Shown piece by piece: positions 8,274-17,689 of a stretch of 46,145 nucleotides of DNA; position 1 is the stretch's first letter; every line of letters starts with the position of its first letter. The notes below the pieces were generated by a model. The model did not search any database, had not been told where the DNA came from, and saw only the letters and a program-made list of their open reading frames with translations. This DNA is from an uncultured Clostridia bacterium (GTDB lineage Bacteria; Bacillota; Clostridia; Christensenellales; UBA1242): positions 1 through 46,145 of the forward strand of contig CALWTG010000001.1 in the NCBI GenBank assembly GCA_944384385.1. The letters are read 5' to 3'. Both the position numbers and the translations under genes were made by a program.

Positions 8274-10556
8274 ATGAGCAAACAAAAATTATTTTATTCA
8301 TTTTGTAAATACACATTATTTTTTGGACTTTTTTATTTACTTTCGCGGGCACAACTAAACAATGTTATAAGTCCGTTTTCTTTTGGAATGTTTTTCGCGC
8401 TTGTGTGGTGCAATCAAAACATTTTAATTCTTTCACCGCTTTACATAGGGGCGTCATATCTTTCGACTTTTTCGCTGTTTGACCTTTACTCAGCACTTGC
8501 TACTTGTTTTGTGATGATAATAATTTATGGAATACACTTAAAACTTGGCAAGCGAATACTGCCACAACTGATGATTTTGTATGTGCTTTTGTGTCAGGCA
8601 GTCAGCGTGTTTTTGGATATATACAGCGGAGTCTCCCCCGTTGTTGTGTTTGTCGAACTTGTGTTTGGGCTACTTTATACCTTTGTGCTTATGAAACTAT
8701 TTGAAAGTGTTCTTTCAATTGGTTTTGTCAAAAAGTTTACACTAACAAAGGCTATTTGCTTTGGTGTGTTTTTGCTTTCAATATCGTGTGCTCTTAGAAG
8801 TGTTGAAATATATGGCTTTGACTTTGCTAAACTTTTCATTTTAATATCTGCAATTTTTTCTAGTCTAATATTGCCAATAACAGAAGGGGGCTTCATTGTA
8901 ACACTTTTAAGTCTTGGCACACTACTTTATGACAATAATCCCTATCTTGTCGCTCCAATGCTTTTAACATACATAGTGTTGTCTTGTTTTCGAGGCAAGC
9001 ACAGAATTTTCTCAGTACTTGGTATGCTTGTGGTTGAGTGTATGAATGTGTATTATTTCAATTTTTATTACTCAACATCACTTGTCGTGTTTTTGCCGTG
9101 CTTAATCACCGCAGTTTTCACTATGGTCATACCGAAAAAGTATTACCAAAAACTCAGCGAGCAATATAACGCAAGCTTTGCATCAAGAAGTTTGGAAAGC
9201 GTTATCAATCGCACGCAAAACGCCATTCATTCACGACTTTTAAAACTATCGCAAGTTTTTTATGAAATGGACAAGGTTTTTCGAAGTATGGTGAAGGGCA
9301 GGGCGGGCGAAGACGAACTCAAAGCGCTTATGCTAACCGAACTTAAAGGCAAACTGTGTGTAGATTGTCCAGAAAAAAACAGATGTCACAAACTTTACGG
9401 TGATGAAACGGAAAAAACTCTTTGTATGCTCATTGACAAAGCGTTTACAAATGGCAGGGTGACACTCATCGACATACCAACGACTCTAACGGGAAGATGT
9501 TTCAAAGTCAATCAACTCGTGTATGTGATAAACGACCTTATCTCACAATACAAAAGCTATGCAACTCTTGTTGGCAACATCGACGCCTCAAAAGTGCTGA
9601 TAAGCGAACAGCTCTATGGCGTCAGTGATGTTTTGCATCGTCTCGCAGATGAAACCAAAAAGACAGTTGATTTTGATGACGGAATGGAGAAGAAAATAAG
9701 CGACGAGCTTTTATATAATGACATTGTTTGCAGTGATGTGATTGTTTATCACAAAAACGAAAATGTGGTTTCTTGCACCTTGGAAGTCAAAAAAGAAGAC
9801 ACCTTAAAAAGCAAAATACCAAGCATAGTTTCAAAAATAACCAAAAGCAAGATGATTGTTGAGAGTGACCAGACAAGTCCGCACGCAGGCTGGCAAATTT
9901 TAACACTCAAAAATGCACCAAAATATGACATCATATTCGGTACAAGTGCTTGCACAAAGTCGTCATCAACAAAAAGTGGTGACACCTATTCACTAATAAG
10001 AATAGAAGACGGCAAAATTTTGATGGCACTTTGTGACGGTATGGGCAGTGGAGAAAAAGCGCAAAGGACAAGCACCACAGCCATTTCGCTTGTTGAAAAC
10101 TTTTACAAGGCAGGATTTCAAAGCGACATAATTCTCTCGTGCGTAAATAAGTTTTTATCACTTGGTGGTGAAGACACATTTTCTTGCCTTGATATGAGCA
10201 TAATTGACTTAAATAACGGAAGTGTAGACTTCGTCAAACTGGGTGCAACACTTGGTTTTATCAAGCACGGCGATACAACGACAACTGTCGAGTGTGAAAG
10301 TTTGCCTCTTGGCATAATCTCCACACTTTCACCAACAATAAAGTCCACCATAGTTAGTGCAGGAGATATGATTGTGCTAGCAACCGATGGCGTCGCAGAT
10401 AGCTTTGCGTCAGATGAAGAATATACCGATTTTGTCAACAACACAAAAACACTCAACCCACAAGAGCTAGCCGATGCCATTATGGACAAGGCACTTGAAA
10501 ACAATCACGGAGTGGCGGTGGATGATATGACGATTCTCGTCGCCAAACTATTTTAA
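8274..10556 (+). CDS. spoIIE: Stage II sporulation protein E (membrane PP2C phosphatase)
   Basis: About 10 N-terminal TM segments, a central regulatory region and a C-terminal PP2C domain (ALCDGMGSGEKAQRTS ... LATDGV ... DDMTILV). RBS GAGGTGA. Confidence 0.9.
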   Translation: MSKQKLFYSFCKYTLFFGLFYLLSRAQLNNVISPFSFGMFFALVWCNQNILILSPLYIGASYLSTFSLFDLYSALATCFVMIIIYGIHLKLGKRILPQLMILYVLLCQAVSVFLDIYSGVSPVVVFVELVFGLLYTFVLMKLFESVLSIGFVKKFTLTKAICFGVFLLSISCALRSVEIYGFDFAKLFILISAIFSSLILPITEGGFIVTLLSLGTLLYDNNPYLVAPMLLTYIVLSCFRGKHRIFSVLGMLVVECMNVYYFNFYYSTSLVVFLPCLITAVFTMVIPKKYYQKLSEQYNASFASRSLESVINRTQNAIHSRLLKLSQVFYEMDKVFRSMVKGRAGEDELKALMLTELKGKLCVDCPEKNRCHKLYGDETEKTLCMLIDKAFTNGRVTLIDIPTTLTGRCFKVNQLVYVINDLISQYKSYATLVGNIDASKVLISEQLYGVSDVLHRLADETKKTVDFDDGMEKKISDELLYNDIVCSDVIVYHKNENVVSCTLEVKKEDTLKSKIPSIVSKITKSKMIVESDQTSPHAGWQILTLKNAPKYDIIFGTSACTKSSSTKSGDTYSLIRIEDGKILMALCDGMGSGEKAQRTSTTAISLVENFYKAGFQSDIILSCVNKFLSLGGEDTFSCLDMSIIDLNNGSVDFVKLGATLGFIKHGDTTTTVECESLPLGIISTLSPTIKSTIVSAGDMIVLATDGVADSFASDEEYTDFVNNTKTLNPQELADAIMDKALENNHGVAVDDMTILVAKLF

Positions 10557-10811
10557 AACAAATTTGGGAAAAACACTTTGCACAATGCCCCTTGCGTACA
10601 ATCGAGTGCAAAGCACACTCATGTACGCTCGTGACATTCTGCTTTGTGTTTTTCTCCAACTTTGTTTTAAAATGAGCTTAAATTCGCCGAGCCTAGCATC
10701 CACCTCGCAATTTTGCGTTTTATTGGTGTTTCTGCTTTGTGTTTTGATTGTTATCATATGAGTAAACAATTTTTAGTTTGAAAAGTGCGCAAAATATGTT
10801 ATAATTTTAAT

Positions 10812-11549
10812 ATGCAAAATATATATGATAATGAGCATTTTTTCGCTGAGTATGAAAATATGCGTGGTAAAGAAATCAATGCAAACAATTTGATTGAAAA
10901 GCCGATATTTTTTTCAATGCTTCCATCACTTTCTGGGAAAAGAGTTTTGGATATTGGTTGTGGGAGTGGTGACTTTTGTAGATTTGCAATGTCTAGCGGT
11001 GCAAGTTTTGTTATGGGCGTGGACTGCTCAAAAAATATGCTGAGCGTAGCCAAAAGTTATGACGATGGCATAACATATCTTAATTTGTCTATGGAAAATT
11101 TGAGCAAGCTAGATGACAAATTTGATGTTATAACAAGTTCACTTGCATTTCACTATGTTGAAGATTTTGATAAACTTATAGGGGATATTGCAAACTTACT
11201 CAAAGATGGTGGCGAACTTATATTCTCGCAAGAACACCCAGTTGCAACTGCGTTCAAATCACCAAAGGGCGGTGAGATTGACAAAAAAATTGATATCAAA
11301 GGCAAAAGATATTACCTTTTGAGCGACTACAATAACATAGGCAAGCGCATAGTTAAGTGGAATGATAGTGGCGTTATTAAATATCACAGAAATTTCAGTT
11401 GTATTATCAACACACTAATTCGCCATGGTTTTGTAATCACGAGCGTTATGGAAAGCTATGCGGATGAAGAAGCAATAAAAAAAGAACCAAAGTACGCATA
11501 CCAGAATGACAGACCTTACTTTTTGTTCATAAGCGCAAAGAAGCTATAA
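10812..11549 (+). CDS. Class I SAM-dependent methyltransferase
   Basis: Motif I VLDIGCGSGDF and post-I VMGVDCS. Start ambiguous: ATG at 10812 or GTG at 10785. Confidence 0.8.
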   Translation: MQNIYDNEHFFAEYENMRGKEINANNLIEKPIFFSMLPSLSGKRVLDIGCGSGDFCRFAMSSGASFVMGVDCSKNMLSVAKSYDDGITYLNLSMENLSKLDDKFDVITSSLAFHYVEDFDKLIGDIANLLKDGGELIFSQEHPVATAFKSPKGGEIDKKIDIKGKRYYLLSDYNNIGKRIVKWNDSGVIKYHRNFSCIINTLIRHGFVITSVMESYADEEAIKKEPKYAYQNDRPYFLFISAKKL

Positions 11550-11551
11550 TT

Positions 11552-11578
11552 AAAAATGCACTTTCATGTGCATTTTTT
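11552..11578 (+). terminator. Intrinsic terminator after the methyltransferase gene
   Basis: aaaaATGCACtttcatGTGCATttttt. Confidence 0.7.
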
Positions 11579-11583
11579 CATGC

Positions 11584-11612
11584 TTGCCAATAACTACTAA
11601 ATATGTTATACT
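11584..11612 (+). promoter_or_regulatory. Sigma-A type promoter for the ABC-F gene
   Basis: TTGCCA, a 17-nt spacer, then TATACT. Confidence 0.5.
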
Positions 11613-11654
11613 TTCATAGTTTGTTAAAAAAATTTTTTTATTTAAGGAGAAAAA

Positions 11655-13232
11655 ATGCTACAAGTAAGCAATGTTACGTTGCAATTTGGTGGCAGGGTGC
11701 TTTTTAAAGATGTCAATTTAAAATTCACAAAAGGCAACTGCTATGGAATTATTGGTGCAAATGGTGCGGGCAAGTCAACTTTTTTGAAAATACTCACAGG
11801 GGAACTTGAACCAAACAAGGGCGAGGTCATACGCGACGAAAAAGAGCGTATGAGTGTTCTTATGCAAAACCAAAACGCCTACGATGACCACACAGTGCTT
11901 GAAACTGTGCTACTTGGTCACAAAAGACTTATGGAGATTGCAAAGCAAAAAGAAGAACTTTACTCAAAGCCAGACTTTTCTGAGGCTGACGGTATGCTCG
12001 CCGGAGAACTTGAAACTGAGTACGCCGAACTTGGTGGCTGGGAAGCAGACAGTGAGGCAAAAACATTACTTAAGAGCATAGGCATAAGTGAAGATTGTTT
12101 TGATAAAAAGATGAGCGAAATGGATTCAAAACAAAAAGTCAAAGTGCTTCTTGCACAGGCATTGTTTTTGAACCCCGACATACTGATTTTGGACGAGCCA
12201 ACAAATAACCTTGACTTTAAGACAACAAGGTGGCTTGAAGATTATCTTTTGAATTTTGAAAACACTGTCATCATAGTGTCACACAACCGTCACTTTTTAA
12301 ACAAAGTTTGCACGCATATATGCGACGTAGACTATGGTCAAATAAATATGATGCTTGGAAACTACGACTTTTGGTATGAAACAAATCAACTTCTTCAAAA
12401 GCAGGCAAAAGACCAAAACAAAAAGGCTGAACAGCGAGCAAAAGAACTCAAAGACTTTATTGCAAGATTTAGTGCAAACGCTTCAAAGGCAAAGCAAGCA
12501 ACAAGCAGAAAAAAAGAGCTAGAAAAACTCACTATTGACGACTTCAAAATTTCATCAAGACGCTATCCATATATTGATTTTCGCTATGAACAAGAGATAG
12601 GAAAAGAGATTTTGATTGTCAAAAACCTAACAAAAAAAGGATTTTTTGAAAACCTAAGTTTTTCAGTCCGACGTGAAGACAAAATTGTGTTCTTGGCAAA
12701 TAACAGTCTTGCAATAACAAAACTATTTGAAATACTTATGGGCAAAGAGCAGGCAGATAGTGGAACAGTCAACTGGGGTAAAACAATCAAGGTAACATAT
12801 TTACCTCAGGACAATCGAGAGTACTTTGAAGGCAAGAGCGAGAATTTGATAGATTGGCTAAGACAATACTCAAAAGAACAAAACGAAACATATATTCGTA
12901 GTTGGCTAGGAAGAATGCTGTTCTCAGGCGAAGAAGCATTAAAGCCTGTCAGCGTGCTTTCTGGTGGTGAAAAAGTTAGATGTATGTTCGCAAAGATGAT
13001 GCTTGAAGGTGGAAACTTTATCATTATGGACGAGCCAACAAACCACTTAGACCTTGAATCAATAACTGCATTAAACAAGGGTATGATAAACTTCAAGGGT
13101 TGTATGCTATTCACAACGCACGACCAAGAAATTGTTGAAACTGTTGCAAATAGGGTGATAGACATAGTTGACGAGCACACAATTCGGGATAAGATGGGGA
13201 CTTATGAAGAATATATGAATTCAATGTCATAA
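11655..13232 (+). CDS. ABC-F family ATPase (YbiT-like, no TM domain) with one degenerate nucleotide site
   Basis: Two NBDs joined by a K/Q-rich linker (QKQAKDQNKKAEQRAKELKDFI). NBD1 has Walker A GANGAGKST. NBD2 has signature LSGGEKVR and Walker B IIMDEPTNHLD. The NBD1 signature is MDSKQKVK and the NBD2 Walker A is LANNSLAIT. Confidence 0.85.
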   Translation: MLQVSNVTLQFGGRVLFKDVNLKFTKGNCYGIIGANGAGKSTFLKILTGELEPNKGEVIRDEKERMSVLMQNQNAYDDHTVLETVLLGHKRLMEIAKQKEELYSKPDFSEADGMLAGELETEYAELGGWEADSEAKTLLKSIGISEDCFDKKMSEMDSKQKVKVLLAQALFLNPDILILDEPTNNLDFKTTRWLEDYLLNFENTVIIVSHNRHFLNKVCTHICDVDYGQINMMLGNYDFWYETNQLLQKQAKDQNKKAEQRAKELKDFIARFSANASKAKQATSRKKELEKLTIDDFKISSRRYPYIDFRYEQEIGKEILIVKNLTKKGFFENLSFSVRREDKIVFLANNSLAITKLFEILMGKEQADSGTVNWGKTIKVTYLPQDNREYFEGKSENLIDWLRQYSKEQNETYIRSWLGRMLFSGEEALKPVSVLSGGEKVRCMFAKMMLEGGNFIIMDEPTNHLDLESITALNKGMINFKGCMLFTTHDQEIVETVANRVIDIVDEHTIRDKMGTYEEYMNSMS

Positions 13233-13253
13233 CATATTAAAAAGTAATTTACC

Positions 13254-13287
13254 AAAAAACTACCTTTTTTAGTAAGGTAGCTTTTTT
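13254..13287. terminator. Bidirectional terminator between the ABC-F and XRE genes
   Basis: aaaaaaCTACCTTttttagtAAGGTAGctttttt. Confidence 0.65.
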
Positions 13288-13480
13288 ATTCAATCAAATC
13301 TTCAAATGTTATATTCAAAACTTTTAATATCTTAACAATATTAGAAAGGGTTGGCTCAATTTTGCCACACTCCCATTCGCTCACCCTTTGTTGAGTGGTG
13401 CCAAGTTTTTTTGCAAACTCGCCTTGGCTAAGGTTGTTTAACATTCTTAACTGTTTAAGATTTTTTGAAAAATTATTCAT
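13286..13480 (-). CDS. XRE/Cro-type helix-turn-helix transcriptional regulator (64 aa)
   Basis: LSQGEFAKKLGTTQQRVSEWECGKIEPTLSNIVKILKVL is a canonical HTH_3 pattern (Q...G.s...is..E.G...P). Confidence 0.85.
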   Translation of the reverse strand: MNNFSKNLKQLRMLNNLSQGEFAKKLGTTQQRVSEWECGKIEPTLSNIVKILKVLNITFEDLIE

Positions 13481-13492
13481 AACTAAATTTTT

Positions 13493-13570
13493 ACACTAAA
13501 TTTAATGTATATACTTGACCTACACTAAGAATAGTGTTGCAAATTTTATGTGATACACTAAAAATAGTGC
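13493..13570. promoter_or_regulatory. Three palindromic operator-like sites upstream of the XRE gene
   Basis: ACACTAaattTAATGT (13493-13508), ACACTAagaaTAGTGT (13522-13537, perfect) and ACACTAaaaaTAGTGC (13555-13570). Start-to-start spacing is 29 and 33 bp. Confidence 0.55.
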
Positions 13571-13639
13571 ATCAAAGTTCTCGACTTGAAATTTGGAATT
13601 CTAAAATATCAGTAATAAAATATTTTGGCAATTTTAAAT

Positions 13640-13675
13640 AAAAAAATCTGACACGACTTGTGCCAGATTTTTTTA
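13640..13675. terminator. Bidirectional terminator downstream of the DUF2188 gene
   Basis: aaaaaaATCTGaCACgacttGTGcCAGATttttttt. Confidence 0.6.
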
Positions 13676-13702
13676 ATAACTGTCAAAAACATTTAATAGT
13701 TG

Positions 13703-14377
13703 TTATTTGTTTGCGTTTTCACGCTTTTGGAATTTGCCGTCTTTTTTCTTGACGCTGATGTTGAGTTCTTGGGTTTCTGCAAGTTTTTCTGCAACTTCCA
13801 TTGCTTCTTTTTTGGTCTTGCATCTCTTTGATGCTCGAACTGCACCCGTCTTTTTAACAACCCAATCTTTATGCTCTTTGTCATATGTTACCATATATTT
13901 TTGAGCTGGCTTTTTGTCTTCCATTTCTTCCTCACTTGTTGTTTGTTCAGGTTCTTTGACCTCTTCTTGCTTTTCAGCAGTTGGCTCTTCTACCTTTGCT
14001 TCTTCAGCTGGTTCTTCAGCTTTTGCTTCTTCGGCTACTTCCTCGGTCTTTGTTTCTTCAACAGGCTCCTCAGATTTTTCTGTTTCCTCGGCTGGTTTTT
14101 CTGCCGTTTCAGCTTCGGTCGCAGCTTCTTCTTTTTCAACTTTTTTTGATTTTCTTGCCTTCTTTGGCTTTTCTTGTTTTGGCTGTTCTTCTGTCTCTGT
14201 TTGTTCTTCTTTTGTTTCCTGGGCAGGTTTTTCATCAGCTTTCGCATCTACTGATGCGTCGGTTGTTTCGTCTTGCTTGTCCTCTGGTTTATCTCTAAAC
14301 ACAAAAAGCACGACAATAGCAACGATGATGAGAATAACACAGACAAAAAGTGGCCAATATTCTTTTAAAAACTCCAT
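13703..14377 (-). CDS. Membrane-anchored protein with an acidic low-complexity linker and a C-terminal DUF2188 domain
   Basis: N-terminal TM (WPLFVCVILIIVAIVVLFVF) and a ~130-aa E/K/A/P/T-rich linker. The C-terminus YMVTYDKEHKDWVVKKTGAVRASKRCKTKKEAMEVAEKLAETQELNISVKKKDGKFQ fits the DUF2188 pattern (W.V...G..ras....tK.eAi..A..lA......l.ih..dG.i). Confidence 0.7.
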   Translation of the reverse strand: MEFLKEYWPLFVCVILIIVAIVVLFVFRDKPEDKQDETTDASVDAKADEKPAQETKEEQTETEEQPKQEKPKKARKSKKVEKEEAATEAETAEKPAEETEKSEEPVEETKTEEVAEEAKAEEPAEEAKVEEPTAEKQEEVKEPEQTTSEEEMEDKKPAQKYMVTYDKEHKDWVVKKTGAVRASKRCKTKKEAMEVAEKLAETQELNISVKKKDGKFQKRENANK

Positions 14378-14527
14378 ATTTTCTCCTTTTTTAAATACTA
14401 ATAATATTGTACACTACGAATCGACATTTTTCAATAAAATTTTCAACTTTTTTTTATTTTTTTACAGTTGCTTGAAAAGTATACTAATTTATGTTATATT
14501 ATACAAAAACTAAAATGGAGAACTAAC

Positions 14528-15343
14528 ATGAAAGAATCAAAAAAAGTAGCATTTTTATATGACTTTGACTTAACGCTTTCGCCACGCAATATGCAGGAAT
14601 TTTCTTTTCAGGACTTGATTGAAACAACAAAAGAACAGTGGTGGGCAGATGTCAATGAGTTTGGTAAAAGGCACAATATGGACGGTTCACTTGCAATGAT
14701 GTATAAACTCATAACCGTCACTCGTGAAAAAAATATAACATTAAAAAGGCAAGATATTGTGGACCTAGGCAAAGATATTGAGTTTTTTGAAGGGGTTGAA
14801 ACATTTTTTGACAGAATGACAAATTACGCAAAATCTTTGGGGCTTGAACTTAAACATTATATTGTTTCAAGCGGTCTAAAAGAAATAATCGAAGGCACAA
14901 AGATTGCACACAACTTTGAGCGTATTTTTGCATCAGAGTTTGCTTATGATGAAAATGACATGCCATTTTGGCCATCACAGGCAGTGAACTACACCACAAA
15001 AACTCAGTATATTTACCGTGTTAGAAAAAATTCAGTTGATGACCTTTGGAATGCAAAGGGCGTAAATGAATATGTTGAGAGCAAAGACGACCTTGTCCCA
15101 TATTCAAACTTTGTGTATTTTGGTGATGGTGAAACAGATATACCTTGCATGAGAACTGTAAGCAAAAAGGGTGGCAAGTCAATTTGCGTATATGCACCAA
15201 ACAAGGCAAAATATGCAGAGTGTCGAAAATTGTATTTGGAGCATCGCTCCGACTATCTTGCAGAAGCAGATTATCGTGAGGGCAGTGAACTTGACAAAAT
15301 TTGTAAAGAAATACTAGATAAAATCGCATCATATATTATTTAG
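14528..15343 (+). CDS. HAD superfamily hydrolase-like protein
   Basis: Motif I FLYDFDLTLSP (DxD) and motif IV-like YFGDGETDIPCM. RBS aatGGAG precedes the ATG at 14528. The track start at 14468 lacks an RBS. Confidence 0.65.
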   Translation: MKESKKVAFLYDFDLTLSPRNMQEFSFQDLIETTKEQWWADVNEFGKRHNMDGSLAMMYKLITVTREKNITLKRQDIVDLGKDIEFFEGVETFFDRMTNYAKSLGLELKHYIVSSGLKEIIEGTKIAHNFERIFASEFAYDENDMPFWPSQAVNYTTKTQYIYRVRKNSVDDLWNAKGVNEYVESKDDLVPYSNFVYFGDGETDIPCMRTVSKKGGKSICVYAPNKAKYAECRKLYLEHRSDYLAEADYREGSELDKICKEILDKIASYII

Positions 15344-15370
15344 CGTTATTGTGATAAATAACGCTATTTT
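15342..15370 (+). terminator. Intrinsic terminator after the HAD gene
   Basis: AGCGTTATTgtgataAATAACGCT followed by atttt. Confidence 0.6.
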
Positions 15371-15454
15371 GCTTATAATTTTATTATGGTAAAAAAGTTG
15401 CATTTTTTTTTGCAATTATGATAATATTATGTGTAACGCTACTAGGAGGGAAAC

Positions 15455-17689
15455 TTGAATAGTAAGAAAAAAAGTAATTTTAATTTTATATATATATTTA
15501 TAATACTTGTTATTTGTGTTTTGGCATTTTTTATGTTTACAAACATAGGTCCAAACATAGAGCAAACTCAGCCATCAAGTGTTATTGAAATGATAGAAGA
15601 TGGCAAAGTGTCAGAGCTTTATTTCTATAACGGTAAAGGTCGTGTACTTTTGACAGTTGAAAACAGTCAGTTCAAAAAAGATGAGGAGCGTGCAAACTTC
15701 CCAGATATTGCCGACTATTCTTTTGAATACACATCGACATCACTTGAACTTATTTTGACTGCTGTTGACACATACAACTCTCAGGCCGACTTGCCAGCAG
15801 AACAAAAAATTGCGTGGGAAAATCCACCTGTTAGATCTAGTTGGATTGAAACACTTATGCCAATACTTTATATTTTGCTTGCTTGTGTTGCAGTGTTTAT
15901 GATTTTCAGAATGTTCACAAAGAGCAATAACAGTGCTATGCAGTTTGGCAGAAATAAAGCACGCATAACAAGCGATGTCAAAGTTAGATTTTCAGACATC
16001 GCAGGCGCTGACGAAGAAAAAGAAGAGCTTCAAGAAATTGTTGAATTTTTGAAGCATCCACAAAAATTCACAGAGCTTGGAGCAAGAATACCAAAAGGCG
16101 TACTACTCGTTGGTAATCCAGGAACTGGTAAGACACTCCTTGCCCGTGCGGTTGCAGGCGAAAGCAATGTTCCATTCTTGTCAATAAGTGGTAGTGACTT
16201 CGTAGAAATGTTTGTCGGCGTTGGCGCAAGTAGAGTGAGAGATTTATTTGACCAAGCAAAAAAGGTTCAACCTTGTATTGTGTTCATTGACGAGATTGAT
16301 GCCGTTGGTCGTCAGCGTGGAGCTGGACTTGGCGGTGGCAACGACGAGCGTGAGCAAACACTCAATCAACTTTTGGTTGAAATGGACGGGTTTGAGGCAA
16401 ATGAAGGAATAATCGTTTTGGCAGCTACAAACCGTGCAGATGTTTTGGATCCTGCACTACTTCGTCCGGGCAGATTTGATAGACAAATTTATGTCCATGT
16501 TCCAGATGTCAAGGGCAGAGAGGGAATAATTAGAATACATGCAAGAAACAAACCAATCTCTGACGATGTTGACTTTGTGACACTTGCAAGAATAACAAGT
16601 GGTTTCACAGGTGCAGACATAGAGAATATGTTAAACGAAGCGGCAATAATTGCAGCAAGAAATCATAGACCAAAAATAATTATGCAGGACATAACCGAGG
16701 GCATAAATAAAGTCATCATGGGACCACAAAAGAAAAGTATGCTCATGACTGACAAAGACAAACTCATCACCGCATACCACGAAAGTGGGCACGCAATTGT
16801 TGGAAAACTTATGGAGCACTGTGAAGATGTGCAAGAAGTTTCAATAATACCACGCGGAATGGCTGCAGGCTACACAATGTCAAGACCAGATACTGATGAC
16901 AATCATATGGGCAAACTAAAACTCAATGACGAAATTGCAATGATGATGGGTGGAAGACTTAGTGAAGAGTTGTTTATGGACGACATTTCAACAGGCGCTT
17001 CAAACGACATCAAGCGTGCAACCGAAGTTGCGAGAAAGATGGTTACACTTTGGGGTATGAGCGACAAGTTTGGTTTTATGAGTTTTGGCAGTGAAGAAGA
17101 AATTTTTGTGGGAAGAGATTACCAAAGCAAAAATGATTACAGTGAAACAGTTGCAGCTCAAATTGATGAAGAGGTGAAGAAAATTCTCGACTATAACTAC
17201 TCACGAGCAAAGAAACTATTGCAAGAAAATAAAAAGTATGTCAAAGAGATGGCAGAGCTACTTCTTGCAAAAGACACAATATATAAAGAAGAAGTTGATA
17301 TGATTCTTGCCGGTAAATCAAAAGAAGAGATAATGGCATACATGGACGAGCAAGAAAAAATCAGGCGTGAGCAAGAACAAAAAGCTAGAATTGAAGGCGA
17401 GATTGACAAAAAGATGAAAGAAATTGACCAAAAGGTCAAAACTGCTGAGATGTATCTCAAAGAGGGAATAATTACTCAAAAAGATTATGAGCTTATTCTC
17501 AAAGAGAGAGAAAACGCACTCAAAAAACTTGACGAGTCAAAACAATCGACTTCGTCTGATGACAAGACGGAAAAGCAGGCTGAAGAAAAAGAGCAAAATG
17601 CAAAACAAAAAGAGACAGGGGAAACTAAAAAAGTAGATAGTGAAAGCGCAGAAGAAAAAAAGGAGAAAGACGATGACAAAAAAGAATAG
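15455..17689 (+). CDS. ftsH: ATP-dependent zinc metalloprotease FtsH with a long K/E-rich C-terminal tail
   Basis: TTG start after AGGAGGG. Two TM segments, AAA+ Walker A GNPGTGKT, Walker B IVFIDEID, and zinc site HESGHA. The last ~130 aa are coiled-coil-like and K/E-rich. Confidence 0.95.
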   Translation: MNSKKKSNFNFIYIFIILVICVLAFFMFTNIGPNIEQTQPSSVIEMIEDGKVSELYFYNGKGRVLLTVENSQFKKDEERANFPDIADYSFEYTSTSLELILTAVDTYNSQADLPAEQKIAWENPPVRSSWIETLMPILYILLACVAVFMIFRMFTKSNNSAMQFGRNKARITSDVKVRFSDIAGADEEKEELQEIVEFLKHPQKFTELGARIPKGVLLVGNPGTGKTLLARAVAGESNVPFLSISGSDFVEMFVGVGASRVRDLFDQAKKVQPCIVFIDEIDAVGRQRGAGLGGGNDEREQTLNQLLVEMDGFEANEGIIVLAATNRADVLDPALLRPGRFDRQIYVHVPDVKGREGIIRIHARNKPISDDVDFVTLARITSGFTGADIENMLNEAAIIAARNHRPKIIMQDITEGINKVIMGPQKKSMLMTDKDKLITAYHESGHAIVGKLMEHCEDVQEVSIIPRGMAAGYTMSRPDTDDNHMGKLKLNDEIAMMMGGRLSEELFMDDISTGASNDIKRATEVARKMVTLWGMSDKFGFMSFGSEEEIFVGRDYQSKNDYSETVAAQIDEEVKKILDYNYSRAKKLLQENKKYVKEMAELLLAKDTIYKEEVDMILAGKSKEEIMAYMDEQEKIRREQEQKARIEGEIDKKMKEIDQKVKTAEMYLKEGIITQKDYELILKERENALKKLDESKQSTSSDDKTEKQAEEKEQNAKQKETGETKKVDSESAEEKKEKDDDKKE

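Noticed and set aside
10548-10769. 65-aa and 73-aa ORFs on opposite strands in the spoIIE-downstream gap
   Set aside because: They mutually overlap, lack an RBS and have low-complexity or odd composition. The region is treated instead as possible structured non-coding DNA.
13871-14513. Cluster of + strand ORFs (92-199 aa) and a K/R-rich minus-strand ORF over the DUF2188 gene
   Set aside because: They are antisense or alternative-frame readings of the E/K/A/P low-complexity linker. Ser/Phe/Leu-rich translations are typical of such artefacts.
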